A DNA stretch of 64,000 bases from the NCBI GenBank assembly GCA_002269645.1, contig NIVC01002470.1, positions 107,315-171,314 on the forward strand. Reading direction: 5' to 3'. The stretch comes from Macrostomum lignano. Taxonomy: Eukaryota. The translations under genes were made by a program, and so were the position numbers. The notes below the pieces were generated by a model. That model worked only from the letters and a program-made list of their open reading frames with translations, was not told the DNA's origin and did no database searches. Shown piece by piece: positions 41,001 to 52,792 of the stretch (within the stretch, counting starts at the first letter, position 1; every line of letters starts with the position of its first letter).

Positions 41001-44000
41001 AATGTCCAGTTTAGCTCCACAATGTCCAGTTTAGCTCCACAATGTCCAGTTTAGCTCCAAAATGTCCGCAAGTTTAGCTCCACAATGTCCAGTTTAGCTC
41101 TACAATGACCAGTTTAGCTCCCTAAGGTTTAGTTTAGCTCCACAATGTCCAGTTTAGCTCCACAATGTCCAGTTTAGCTCCACAGTGTCCAATTTAGCTC
41201 CACAATGTCCAGTTTAGCTCCACAATGTCCAGTTTAGCTCCACAATGTCCAGTTTAGCTCCACAATGTCCAGTTTAGCTCCACAATGTCCAGTTTAGCTC
41301 CACAATGTCCAGTTTAGCTCTACAATGAACAGTTTAGCTCCCTAAGGTTTAGTTTAGCTCTACAATGTCCAGTTTAGCTCCACAATGTCCAGTTTAGCTC
41401 CACAATGTCCAGTTTAGCTCCACAATGTCCAGTTTAGCTCTACAATGAACAGTTTAGCTCCCTAAGGTTTAGTTTAGCTCTACAATGTCCAGTTTAGCTC
41501 CACAATGTCCAGTTTAGCTCTACAATGTCCAGTTTAGCTCCACAATGTCTAGTTTAGCTCTACAATGTCCAGTTTAGCTCCACAATGTCCAGTTTAGCTC
41601 TGCAATGTCCAGTTTAGCTCCACAATGTCCAGTTTAGCTCCACAATGTCCAGTTTAGCTCCACAATGTCCAGTTTAGCTCCACAATGTCCAATTTAGCTC
41701 CACAATGTCCAATTTAGCTCCACAATGTCCAATTTAGCTCCACAATGTCCAGTTTAGCTCCACAATGTCCAGTTTAGCTCCACAATGTCCAGTTTAGCTC
41801 CACAATGTCCAGTTTAGCTCCACAATGTCCAGTTTAGCTCCACAATGTCCAGTTTAGCTCTACAATGAACAGTTTAGCTCCCTAAGGTTTAGTTTAGCTC
41901 TACAATGTCCAGTTTAGCTCCACAATGTCCAGTTTAGCTCCACAATGTCCAGTTTAGCTCCAAAATGTCCGCAAGTTTAGCTCCACAATGTCCAGTTTAG
42001 CTCTACAATGACCAGTTTAGCTCCCTAAGGTTTAGTTTAGCTCCACAATGTCCAGTTTAGCTCCACAATGTCCAGTTTAGCTCCACAATGTCCAGTTTAG
42101 CTCCACAATGTCCAGTTTAGCTCCAAAATGTCCGCAAGTTTAGCTCCACAATGTCCAGTTTAGCTCTACAATGACCAGTTTAGCTCCCTAAGGTTTAGTT
42201 TAGCTCCACAATGTCCAGTTTAGCTCCACAATGTCCAGTTTAGCTCCACAATGTCCAGTTTAGCTCCACAATTTCCAGTTTAGCTCCACAATGTCCAGTT
42301 TAGCTCCACAATGTCCAATTTAGCTCCACAATGTCCAGTTTAGCTCCACAATGTCCAGTTTAGCTCCACAATGTCCAGTTTAGCTCCACAATGTCCAGTT
42401 TAGCTCCACAATGTCCAGTTTAGCTCCACAATGTCCAGTTTAGCTCTACAATGAACAGTTTAGCTCCCTAAGGTTTAGTTTAGCTCTACAATGTCCAGTT
42501 TAGCTCCACAATGTCCAGTTTAGCTCTACAATGTCCAGTTTAGCTCCACAATGTCCAGTTTAGCTCTACAATGTCCAGTTTAGCTCCACAATGTCCAGTT
42601 TAGCTCCACAATGTCCAGTTTAGCTCCACAATGTCCAGTTTAGCTCTGCAATGTCCAGTTTAGCTCCACAATGTCCAGTTTAGCTCCACAATGTCCAGTT
42701 TAGCTCCACAATGTCCAGTTTAGCTCCACAATGTCCAGTTTAGCTCCAAAATGTCCAATTTAGCTCCACAATGTCCAATTTAGCTCCACAATGTCCGCAA
42801 GTTTAGCTCCACAATGTCCAGTTTAGCTTCACAATGTCTAATTTAGCTCGAAAATGTCAAATTTAGCTTCACAATGCCCAGTTTAGCTCCACAATGTCCA
42901 GTTTAGCTCCACAATGTCCAGTTTAGCTCTACAATGTCCAGTTTAGCTCCACAATGTCCAGTTTAGCTCCACAATGTCCAGTTTAGCTCCACAATGTCCA
43001 GTTTAGCTCTACAATGTCCAGTTTAGCTCCAAAATGTCCGCAAGTTTAGCTCCACAATGTCCAGTTTAGCTCTACAATGACCAGTTTAGCTCCCTAAGGT
43101 TTAGTTTAGCTCCACAATGTCCAGTTTAGCTCCACAATGTCCAGTTTAGCTCCACAATGTCCAGTTTAGCTCTACAATGTCCAGTTTAGCTCCACAGTGT
43201 CCAGTTTAGCTCCACAATGTCCAGTTTAGCTCCACAATGTCCAGTTTAGCTCCACAATGTCCAGTTTAGCTCCACAATGTCCAGTTTAGCTCCACAATGT
43301 CCAGTTTAGCTCCACAATGTCCAGTTTAGCTCCACAATGTCCAGTTTAGCTCCACAATGTCCAATTTAGCTCCAAAATGTCCAATTTAGCTCCAAAATGT
43401 CTGCAAGTTTAGCTCCACAATGTCCAGTTTAGCTCCACAATGTCTAATTTAGCTCGAAAATGTCAAATTTAGCTTCACAATGCCCAGTTTAGCTCCACAA
43501 TGTCCAATTCAGCTGCGCAATGTCCAATTCAGCTCCACAATGTCCAATTTAGCTCCGCAATGTCCTATTTAGCTCCACAATGTCCAGTTTAGCTCCGCAA
43601 TGTCCAATTTAGCCCCACAATGTCCAATTTACCTCCACAATGTCCAATTCAGCTGCGCAATGTCCAATTCAGCTCCACAATGTCCAATTTAGCTCCGCAA
43701 TGTCCTATTTAGCTCCACAATGTCAAATTTAGCTCTACAATTTCCAAATTAGCTCCACAATGTCCAGTTTAGCTCCACAATGTCCAGTTTAGCTCCACAA
43801 TGTCCAGTTAAGCTCCACAATGTCCAGTTTAGCTCCACAATGTCCAATTTAGCTCCAAAATGTCCAATTCAGCTCCACAATGTCCAATTTAGCTCCAAAA
43901 TGTCCAATTCAGCTCCACAATGTCCAATTTAGCTCCACAGTGTCCACAATTTAGTGCCTTCATTGCTCTCTTCTCAAATTCGTGAGCCAGCAAAGCGGGC

Positions 44001-47000
44001 TGAGCTGTCTCTTCGGGGTCATTGGGCCCGAGACCGGCAGTTAGTCTATATTTCCGCTAAATAAAATTCCATAGCAAATTGACTCCCCATTTCCGGCCCA
44101 GCTGCGCCCCCCCCCCCTCTCATGGCAATCATTCTTAAACAAATGTTTTGAAAATCAAGGCTTGACTTTGAAGTCTCTTTCAGCTTTAAGCTAATCAACC
44201 GCGAGTTGGAGCGTTGAGAAGCCAGGAAGTGAAAACTGCTCAGCTGAGCAGAGGGGATTTGGGGGCATTTGTCAGCAGCTACTGGAGCGGAATTCAGCGG
44301 GTGTCAGGCGGGTGCGCCAGTCGAAAGTGAATGCGACAGAAGCGTTGGGGGGGGGCTTCGGGCAGATGGCCACCCACGCTTTTGGCGCCAGCTCTGCACA
44401 CTGAGCCGGCATAAACCACTGCGGAAGCGAGTGGAAAGTCTCACCTCAGGCTTCTGTGTGCGCTCTGTGACACATTGTGTTTGTCTCTGTCTCGCCATCT
44501 CACTCTCGCTATCTCGCTATCTCGCCATCTCACTCTCTCACTCTCTCTCTCTCTCCTCTCTCTCTATATCACTCTCTCTGTCTCACTCTCCCTCTCAGTC
44601 TCACTCTCGCTCTCTGTCTCACTCCCCCTGTCTCACTCTCCCTCTCTGTCTCACTCTCCCTCTCAGTCTCACTCTCCTCTCTGTCTCACTCTCTCTCTCT
44701 GTCTCACTCTCCCTCTCTGTCTCACTCTCCCTCTCTGTCTCACTCTCCCTCTCAGTCTCACTCTCCTCTCTGTCTCACTCTCTCTCTCTGTCTCACTCTC
44801 CCTCTCTGTCTCACTCTCCTCTCTGTCTCACTCTCTCTCTCTGTCTCACTCTCCCTCTCTGTCTCACTCTCCCTCTCTGTCTTACTCTCCCTCTCTGTCT
44901 CACTCTCCCTCTCTGTCTCACTCTCCCTCTCTGTCTCACTCTCCCTCTCTGTCTCACTCTCCCTCTCTGTCTCACTCTCCCACTCTGTCTCACTCTCCCT
45001 CTCTGTCTCACTCTCCCTCTCTGTCTCACTCGCCTCTCAGTCTCACTCTCCCTCCCTGTCTCACTCTCCCTCTCAGTCTCACTCTCCCTCTCAGTCTCAC
45101 TCTCCCTCTCAGTCTCACTCTCCCTCTCAGTCTCACTCTCCCTCTCTGTCTCACTTCCCCTGCCTTCCTTTTGCCAGCATCGAGGTTAATTGAGCCTATA
45201 GAGTTCCCTGCTTTCACACTAATGCATTTGACGCAGAATAGAATTTTTGTCAAGGTTTTCCGCATAATTTGCTAATTAATTCAACCCACACTATGTAGAG
45301 CCCTCTTCTAGACCTGCAGTCAAGCCGGAGCACAATGAGGAGACAGAACAGAGACAGCCAGATGTTAAGCCGGTCTCAATTCCACCCTCTGCTTTTGCCC
45401 GGCACCGAAAGTGTCGGCGAACTGTGCCAGGCAAGCCAGCAATGAGAGCCATGCAGTTAACCCCCGCTGGATCGCATTAGCATTCGCTGAGCCTTACTCC
45501 CCCCGCCTGGGGCGCGCTGAGAAAAATTTAAGTGAAAAGTTTTTAGTGCAAAACAGAGTGATCTTGCAGCGAGAAATGTATAGCAGATTATGCCATGGTT
45601 CTATTAATACTTTTAATTTGAGTCTTTTATCATTTGCAAACACTAACCTAACAGACTACTAAATATTAGCAGCATAAGAGTGCTTCTGGCTTGTTTAAAA
45701 ACGTATCAGGCATTTGGGTGTGATTTGATGCGGCCCAATGAAGGATTAGGAAGGGGGGCAGCCTACTGAAGGATGGGGGGCAGCCTACTGAAGGATGGGG
45801 GGCAGCCTACTGAAGGATGGGGGGCAGCCTACTGAAGGATGGGGGCAGCCTACTGAAGGATGGGGGGCAGCCTACTGAAGGATGGGGGGCAGCCTACTGA
45901 AGGATGGGGGGCAGCCTACTGAAGGATGGGGGCAGCCTACTGAAGGATGGGGGGCAGCCTACTGAAGGATGGGGGGCAGCCTACTGAAGGATGGGGGGCA
46001 GCCTACTGAAGGATGGGGGCAGCCTACTGAAGGATGGGGGCAGCCTGCTGAAGGATGGGGGCAGCCTACTGAAGGATGGGGGGCAGCCTACTGAAGGATG
46101 GGGGGCAGCCTGCTGAAGGATGGGGGGCAGCCTACTGAAGGATGGGGGCAGCCTACTGAAGGATGGGGGCAGCCTACTGAAGGATGGGGGCAGCCTACTG
46201 AAGGATGGGGGGCAGCCTACTGAAGGATTGGGGAGGGGGCAGCCTTCTGAAGGATTGGGGGGGGCAGCCTACTGAAGGATTGGGGAGGGGGCTACTAAAG
46301 AATTAGAGGGGCAGCCTACTGAAGGATTAGGGGGCAGCCTACTGAAGGATTGGGGGGGCAGCCTTCTGAAGGATTGGGGAGGGGGCTACTAAAGAATTAG
46401 AGGGGCAGCCTACTGAAGGATTAGGGGGCAGCCTACTGAAGGATGGGGGGCAGCCTACTGAAGGATGGGGGCAGCCTACTGAAGGATGGGGGCAGCCCAC
46501 TGAAGGATGGGGGCAGCCTACTGAAGGATGGGGGCAGCCTACTGAAGGATGGGGGCAGCCTACTGAAGGATGGGGGGCAGCCTACTGAAGGATGGGGGGC
46601 AGCCTACTGAGTTGGATGTGGGGGCAGCCTACTGAAGGATGGGGGGCAGCCTACTGAAGGATGGGGGGCAGCCTACTGAAGGATTGGGGGGCAGCCTACT
46701 GAAGGATTGGGAGGGGGCTACTAAAGAATTAGAGGGGCAGCCTTCTGAAGGATTAGGGGGGGGCAGCCTACTGAAGGATTGGGGGGGCAGCCTTCTGAAG
46801 GATTGGGGGGCAGCCTACTGAAGCATGGGGGGCAGCCTACTGAAGGATGGGGCAGCCTTCTGAAGGATTGGGGGGGCAGCCTACTGAAGGATGGGGGCAG
46901 CCTACTGAAGGATGGGGGGCAGCCTACTGAAGGATGGGGGCAGCCTACTGAAGGATGGGGGCAGCCTACTGAAGGATGGGGGCAGCCTACTGAAGGATGG

Positions 47001-48193
47001 GGGGCAGCCTACTGAGTTGGATGTGGGGGCAGCCTACTGAAGGATGGGGGGCAGCCTACTGAAGGATGGGGGGCAGCCTACTGAAGGATGGGGGGCAGCC
47101 TACTGAAGGATGGGGGGCAGCCTACTGAAGGATGGGGGGCAGCCTACTGAAGGATTGGGGAGGGGGCTACTAAAGAATTAGAGGGGCAGCCTACTGAAGG
47201 ATTAGGGGGCAGCCTACTGAAGGATGGGGGGCAGCCTACTGAAGGATGGGGGGCAGCCTACTGAAGGATTGGGGAGGGGGCTACTAAAGAATTAGAGGGG
47301 CAGCCTACTGAAGGATTAGGGGGCAGCCTACTGAAGGATGGGGGGCAGCCTACTGAAGGATGGGGGGCAGCCTACTGAAGGATGGGGGGCAGCCTGCTGA
47401 AGGATGGGGGGCAGCCTACTGAAGGATGGGGGCAGCCTACTGAAGGATGGGGGGCAGCCTACTGAAGGATGGGGGGCAGCCTACTGAAGGATTAGGGGGC
47501 GGCCTACGGAAGGATTGGGGAGGGGCTACTGAAGGATTGGGACGGCCTACTGAAGGATTAGGGGGCGGCCTACTGAAGGATTAGGGGGCAGCCTACTGAA
47601 GGATTAGGGGCGGCCTACTGAAGGATTAGGTGGGCGGCCTACTGAAGGATTAGGTGGGCGGCCTACTGAAGGATTAGGGGGCGGCCTACTGAAGGATTGG
47701 GGGGCAGCCTACTGAAGGATTGGGGGGGGTAGCCTACTGAAGGATTAGGTGGGCGGCCTACTGAAGGATTAGGGGGCGGCCTACTCAAGCGTGTGACAGC
47801 TCGCAGTCCTTGCCGCCCCGTCCAGGACCGAACTCGGTGCACCGCAGGCGCGGCAGGCAGACGTACACCCGGCAGCAGACGCTGGAGCTGGAGAAGGAGT
47901 TCAAATTTAGCAACTACCTGAACAGGCGGCGGCGCATCGAGATCTCGAACCAGCTCGACCTGTCTGAGCGGCAGGTGAAAATCTGGTTCCAAAATCGCCG
48001 GATGAAGCTGAAAAAGGAGAAGCAGCAGATCCGCTTCATCAACCTGTCCACCACCTGCGGGCCGGGCGTCAAACCGGAAGATGAGGCCGAAGAAGAGGAT
48101 GATGATGATGAAGAGGATGCTGGACAGCTTGCCGCGGTGGTAAATTGCGTGGAGCGCCGCAGGCGAGGCGGCCGGCAGAACAGGAACAGCTGA
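37363..48193 (+). CDS. Central-class Hox protein, Ubx/abd-A group (lophotrochozoan Lox4/Lox2-like); exons 37363-38026 and 47826-48193
   Basis: Hexapeptide LWPWMTVI|[26 protein letters not shown]...[18 protein letters not shown]; phase-1 intron ATCG|GTGAGG...TCCAG|GA; GPNS-x-x-RRRGR linker and KEKQQI are Lox4/Lox2 signatures. Confidence 0.9.
38060..43950. repeat. 5.9-kb 20-bp satellite (AATGTCCAGTTTAGCTCCAC)n with higher-order structure, Hox intron
   Basis: About 290 units; recurring variant blocks. Confidence 0.97.
44480..45155. repeat. 18-bp CT-rich minisatellite (TCTCACTCTCCCTCTCTG)n
   Basis: Direct reading. Confidence 0.93.
45745..47785. repeat. 21-22-bp G-rich minisatellite (GGGGGCAGCCTACTGAAGGAT)n, Hox intron
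   Basis: About 90 units. Confidence 0.95.
47826..48193 (+). CDS. Hox exon 2 (homeodomain)
   Basis: Complete homeodomain with WFQNRR. Confidence 0.96.
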
Positions 48194-48334
48194 TGATCGA
48201 AATGGCCAGAATATCGCTTGACCTCTTCTGTTTGACCTCCACTGTCACTTGCTCTCTACAAACTTAACTGCCACTGTACCTGATCCTTTCTTGTGCTTTT
48301 AGATCCCTAGTTATTTTCATTCGCCTTCTATTCT

Positions 48335-48585
48335 CAGCCTATAGATCCGAATACCAATCTATTCCCAGCCTATAGATACCAATCTATTCCCAGCCTATAG
48401 ATCCCAATCTATCCCCAGCCTATAGATCCCAATCTATTCTCAGCCTATAGATCCCAATCTATTCTCAGCCTATAGATCCCAATCTATTCCCAGCCTATAG
48501 ATCCCAATCTATTCTCAGCCTATAGATCCCAATCTATTCCCAGCCTATAGATCCCAATCCAAATCTATTCTCAGCCTTTAGATAC
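48335..48585. repeat. 25-bp repeat in Hox 3' region (CAGCCTATAGATCCCAATCTATTCC)n
   Basis: About 9 copies. Confidence 0.9.
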
Positions 48586-49004
48586 CCACCCATTTCCCGT
48601 AGCCAGCTAAATGCTTACTCCAAATGCAAAAGAAGAAAATAAATAGGTGTTTGTTCTGCTTAAATTTTGGCCTTATGCCGCCACAGCGCATAGTACGTTA
48701 TACACTACCTGGTTTGAAAAAAAACTGTACTGTATTGTAACTTTGAGCAACTGTAAATATTACTGATAGTAGACACTCCGACTGTGTGAAACCTAAAAAT
48801 AAACCTGACTAAGCCATGGCGCAGCACCTGCGAATCAGCCGCAGCGGTAGCAAGTTTCTGGAAGCCCGCATTTGAAAGCCTATTGATGTAGCAGTTTTAT
48901 ATCTTTCTATTGATTTATGCATTTGTCTGGAGAGATGAGATGGAGAGTTTGTGAGTTTTGGAGGGCTGAGGGATAGGGCTGAGTGAGATGACAGGGGACT
49001 GAGA

Positions 49005-49400
49005 TAGCAGTGACAGGTGACAGGTACAGCAGTGACAGGTGACAGGTACAGCAGTGACAGGTGACAGGTACACCAGTGACAGGTGACAGGTACACCAGTG
49101 ACAGGTGACAGGTACACCAGTGACAGGTGACAGGTACACCAGTGACAGGTGACAGGTAAAGCAGTGACAGGTGACAGGTACACCAGTGACAGGTGACAGG
49201 TACAGCAGTGACAGGTACACCAGTGACAGGTGACAGGTATATCAGTGACAGGTGACAGGTACAGCAGTGACAGGTGACAGGTACACCAGTGACAGGTGAC
49301 AGGCACACCAGTGACAGGTGACAGGTACATCAGTGACAGGTGACACGTACACCAGTGACAGGTGACAGGTACACCAGTGACAGGTGACAGGCACAGCAGT
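49005..49400. repeat. 22-bp repeat (CAGTGACAGGTGACAGGTACAC)n
   Basis: About 17 copies. Confidence 0.93.
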
Positions 49401-49597
49401 GTTACCTGATACGAAAGCACTCGAAAATGCCGCAGCCGATTTCAAACAGAAAAGTTTTGCCTTCAGCTAGTGCGCCTCGATGGAAAATTATATTTGAATA
49501 AGTTTGCCTAAAGCTTTCCAGGCGGTGGCGTTTCTACGGCAACCGCGAAGGGACATTCAATGGCCTACAAAATCAAAGTCAACAGTTTCTCGAGAGC

Positions 49598-52500
49598 TCA
49601 ATGCGCGGTGCCCACCACGGTGCCGCTGCCGAAGACTCCCTCCAGATGGAAGGTCGCCGCTTGGCCGGCGTCGTAAGCACCCCCGCAGCCGCCGTAGGCG
49701 TACAGGGCAACTCCACAGACTCTCGCCGCATCCGCCAGCGCCCGCCCATCTGGCCGATCGTCAAAGAGCTGCTCGGCCGGGACTGCCACGGCGCGCAGGC
49801 CGAAGTGCCGGCAGATGTCAAGAGCCGCGGCAGCCTCGGAGACGCTGGCGGCAAAGAAGGCCAACGATAGCCGCGACTGCTTGAGGCTAAGCGCCAGGCA
49901 CAGCTGCAGGTCGTGGGCGGCCACGAGGACGCAGCGCTCCGAGGCTGGCAAAAGAGAGGCCAGCAGGGCGTCGGCGCCCCGGTTCACCTGCGCGGAGTCG
50001 TCAAGGACGACGCGCACCACAAGCCGAGCGTCCGGAGGGAAGGCGAGGCAGAGGTCGCCGTCCTGCGCCTGCCCGCTGCTCTTGGCGCCGTCGGCCCGCA
50101 GAAGCCGCAGGACTCCAGACTGTGAGACCCCGACAGGCAGCTCGAAGTACCTGGAGGTCGGCGTCACTGCCGCAAACGCCGCAGTCGCCGCTGACCAGGT
50201 GTCGGGGCCCATCGGCAGGAGCCAAGTGGCTGGCATTGGCAGGACAAGAATCGGCGCCGGGTCCTGGAGTGGCGCGGTCGCGCCGCACCGATCTACAAAG
50301 CGAGCAAGGTCCAGGGGACTGTGCTGGAAGCAGTGGGCCACTCCAATGTCCACAGTCAGCTGGCCGATGTGCTGCTGCGATGAGGCGGTCAGCAGCAGGT
50401 CGCAGGTCACAGTTTGCTTCTCAGGAGTGGCCAGGTCGACGGTCAGGGGCAGCAGGGCGACGGCCTCCACGCAGGTGCCGCGGTCGCAGCTGTTTGTGCC
50501 GGTGTCGTGGAAGCGCAGCAGGAAGCGGCAGGTCACGGGGCCTCCTAGCGGCACCTGCTGGGCGAATTCCACCCGGGCACTGGCGGCCGAGGCCAACCGG
50601 ACCCAGTTGATGCCGCTGCCATCGTCGTCCATGTCGTCCGAGCTACATGAGCATTCGACGCCGTCCAGCGATGAAAGCGGCGACGATTTCACCGTTGAAG
50701 GCGGAGGCGGAGGCGGAGGCGGAGGCAGCGGCGAGTACAGCTCGGCGCCCTCCAGCAGGAGAGGTCCTCGCAGGTTGGGCGTCAGCGTCGCCCCGGAGGC
50801 GTCTTTGGCCGAGAGCTCCACGCCGAGTGGCCGGTGAAGCAGGCTCGTCCGGTCGGGCTGCAGCAGCGGCGGCCGCAGGCGCAATAGTAGCATTGCCTGG
50901 CCGACGTCGGTGAGCCAGCCGGGCCAGACGGACTTCGACCGCGCCGGCGGGCCGGCCGGCAGCTCCAGCAGGTCGCGCGGATCGAGCAGCTGATCGGGCC
51001 GGCCGAACAGCAGGAAGCCGTCCGGATGCCTGTTGTAGTCGGACATCCGGCGGACGAAGCCGCCCTCCCAGGCGAACAGCTCCGACTTGGCCGGGCAGTC
51101 AGAGCCGGGCGCGGGCACCACGATGGCGAAGCGGAACTCGACTTCCTCCTCGTCGCTGTAGTTGGAGCAGACGCTGGCCTCGAAGAAGGCGTAGCCAGGC
51201 GCCATGAGCTGGGCCGTGTGCGCCATCGGCTCCGAGCAGTTCACGTCCCAGTCTCCCAGCTCGATGACGTTTCCGCAGATGACGGGGATGGCGCGGGCGG
51301 GCAGAAGGTGATTCGGCACGGCCAGGAAGATTGGAGCTTTGAAGCCGACGATGCCCATGACGGTGCTGACGGTGCTGCAGCGCTCCTGCGTGTCGTGCAG
51401 CTCAACCAGTCTCATCTCCTCCTTCTCAGACTTCAGGTACACATAGTCCCAGCAGCCGGAGTTGCGCGAGGTTCCCTGCGATTCCGAGTCATTCGTGTTG
51501 CTGTTGTTCCCCTGCCACCGCGGCCCGGCAGAGCCGGCGGACAGTCGCCGGTCTCCGCTGGCGTCGCTCGGCGCCTTCTTTGAGTCATCGAAGCCGCTGG
51601 CATCTCCGCCGACATCGCCGGAGAAAAGCACTGCCGCTTGGCCGCCTGGCCGCTTCTGCGCCTCCAACTGCCAGCTCGGGTTGGCGGTGAAGATTCTGCC
51701 GAAGTGAATTGTGGCGGCCGATGCGGACGCCATCGCCAGCTCGCCGCGGTGCCGGCCGTCCGGACGAAGCGGGTGGAGGCGTCGGATGCCGAGATCGGCT
51801 ACCGGTCGCACCGACAGACGCAGGCAGTGGCTGGCGGCGTAGCAGAACCGCCTGCCGGCGGCGGCGGCTTTGCTGACCTGCGGTTTCTTGATCTCGGCGA
51901 AGGCCGGCGTCATCGGCCCGAACCTGATGGCGACGGCGACAGTCTGGGCGCCAAATCGGCAGGTTGCAGCGATGCGCGCGGATCCGGGCCGGCCGGGTAG
52001 CAGCCGGTGGGAGGCCCAGCGCCTTGCCGTCGACCCCGGCAGGCCGGCAATCTGGCGGAGGCCGCAGCTGTTGAGCTCCACGACTTCGCCAGGCAGTCGC
52101 ACCGCGGCGGCTTCATCGACTGATGGCAGTCGGGGAGCGGACAGCTGCAGCGCCTGGCAGAACTGCTGCGACAGCTGCGGCGGGCGCTCGCCACAGATGG
52201 CGCCGGGCACCACAAGCCGGTGCTGCGTGGCAAACCGACCGGCCAGGTCCGAGCCCAGGATGGAGCGGGAGATGACGGGACGCTGGCCCAGGTGGCAGCA
52301 CGCCTGGTCAAGATCCGGCGGCTGGGCATCTTCAGCAGCAAAACGGGGCCAGCCAGCCCGCGTTGCTATCGCAGGGTAAACCGCCGTTTCTATCTTTCTT
52401 TGCGTCTCCTTGGACGCCGGCGACTTGCGCGGATTTTCCGTGCCGCTGGTGGGCACTTGGCTGCGCCTGCGGGTGCGACAGCCGGTCTTCACCTGCACGA

Positions 52501-52792
52501 GGGTTGCCTCCAGGAACTGGCGCACCAGACTGCCGCCCTCGCTGCGCCCCGGCTGCTTGTCCGCCTGCGGCAGCGGGAACTGCGAGTGAACGATGAGTTG
52601 CCGGCGCTGAATCTGGCTGCTTCTGGGCCGGCGCCAGCGCCTGGGCCTGGCCACCAGGAACTCCACGCGGATCTCCAGGCCCCGACTGGCCCCGTCGGCG
52701 GGGGGCAGCAGGCGGGACTCGAGGTGGCTCAGGCAGCGGCGTTGGCGGGCCCGGTGTGTTGGCAGCGGCTGCAGGGCGGTGCCTTGCCTCAT
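49598..52792 (-). CDS. GPCPD1/GDE5-like protein (CBM20 + degenerate glycerophosphodiester phosphodiesterase fold), single long ORF, about 1064 aa from first ATG
   Basis: CBM20 pattern PVICGNVIELGDWDV...VEFRFAI...FAWEGG-x-x-R; GWLTDVGQAMLLLRL resembles GPCPD1 GWLTCQTEIRLRL; HIGQLTVD resembles TIGKVRVD; C-terminal LYAYG...LEGVF; true start uncertain. Confidence 0.68.
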   Translation of the reverse strand: MRQGTALQPLPTHRARQRRCLSHLESRLLPPADGASRGLEIRVEFLVARPRRWRRPRSSQIQRRQLIVHSQFPLPQADKQPGRSEGGSLVRQFLEATLVQVKTGCRTRRRSQVPTSGTENPRKSPASKETQRKIETAVYPAIATRAGWPRFAAEDAQPPDLDQACCHLGQRPVISRSILGSDLAGRFATQHRLVVPGAICGERPPQLSQQFCQALQLSAPRLPSVDEAAAVRLPGEVVELNSCGLRQIAGLPGSTARRWASHRLLPGRPGSARIAATCRFGAQTVAVAIRFGPMTPAFAEIKKPQVSKAAAAGRRFCYAASHCLRLSVRPVADLGIRRLHPLRPDGRHRGELAMASASAATIHFGRIFTANPSWQLEAQKRPGGQAAVLFSGDVGGDASGFDDSKKAPSDASGDRRLSAGSAGPRWQGNNSNTNDSESQGTSRNSGCWDYVYLKSEKEEMRLVELHDTQERCSTVSTVMGIVGFKAPIFLAVPNHLLPARAIPVICGNVIELGDWDVNCSEPMAHTAQLMAPGYAFFEASVCSNYSDEEEVEFRFAIVVPAPGSDCPAKSELFAWEGGFVRRMSDYNRHPDGFLLFGRPDQLLDPRDLLELPAGPPARSKSVWPGWLTDVGQAMLLLRLRPPLLQPDRTSLLHRPLGVELSAKDASGATLTPNLRGPLLLEGAELYSPLPPPPPPPPPSTVKSSPLSSLDGVECSCSSDDMDDDGSGINWVRLASAASARVEFAQQVPLGGPVTCRFLLRFHDTGTNSCDRGTCVEAVALLPLTVDLATPEKQTVTCDLLLTASSQQHIGQLTVDIGVAHCFQHSPLDLARFVDRCGATAPLQDPAPILVLPMPATWLLPMGPDTWSAATAAFAAVTPTSRYFELPVGVSQSGVLRLLRADGAKSSGQAQDGDLCLAFPPDARLVVRVVLDDSAQVNRGADALLASLLPASERCVLVAAHDLQLCLALSLKQSRLSLAFFAASVSEAAAALDICRHFGLRAVAVPAEQLFDDRPDGRALADAARVCGVALYAYGGCGGAYDAGQAATFHLEGVFGSGTVVGTAH

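Noticed and set aside
38060-43950. CRISPR-like appearance of 20-42-bp repeats here and elsewhere
   Set aside because: Head-to-tail repeats with no unique spacers, no cas genes, eukaryotic context
48338-48352. CCTATAGATCCGAAT, 14/15 match to the miR-10 body, in the Hox 3' region
   Set aside because: Seed is broken, no hairpin partner seen, sense orientation so not a target site; it is the first unit of a local 25-bp array
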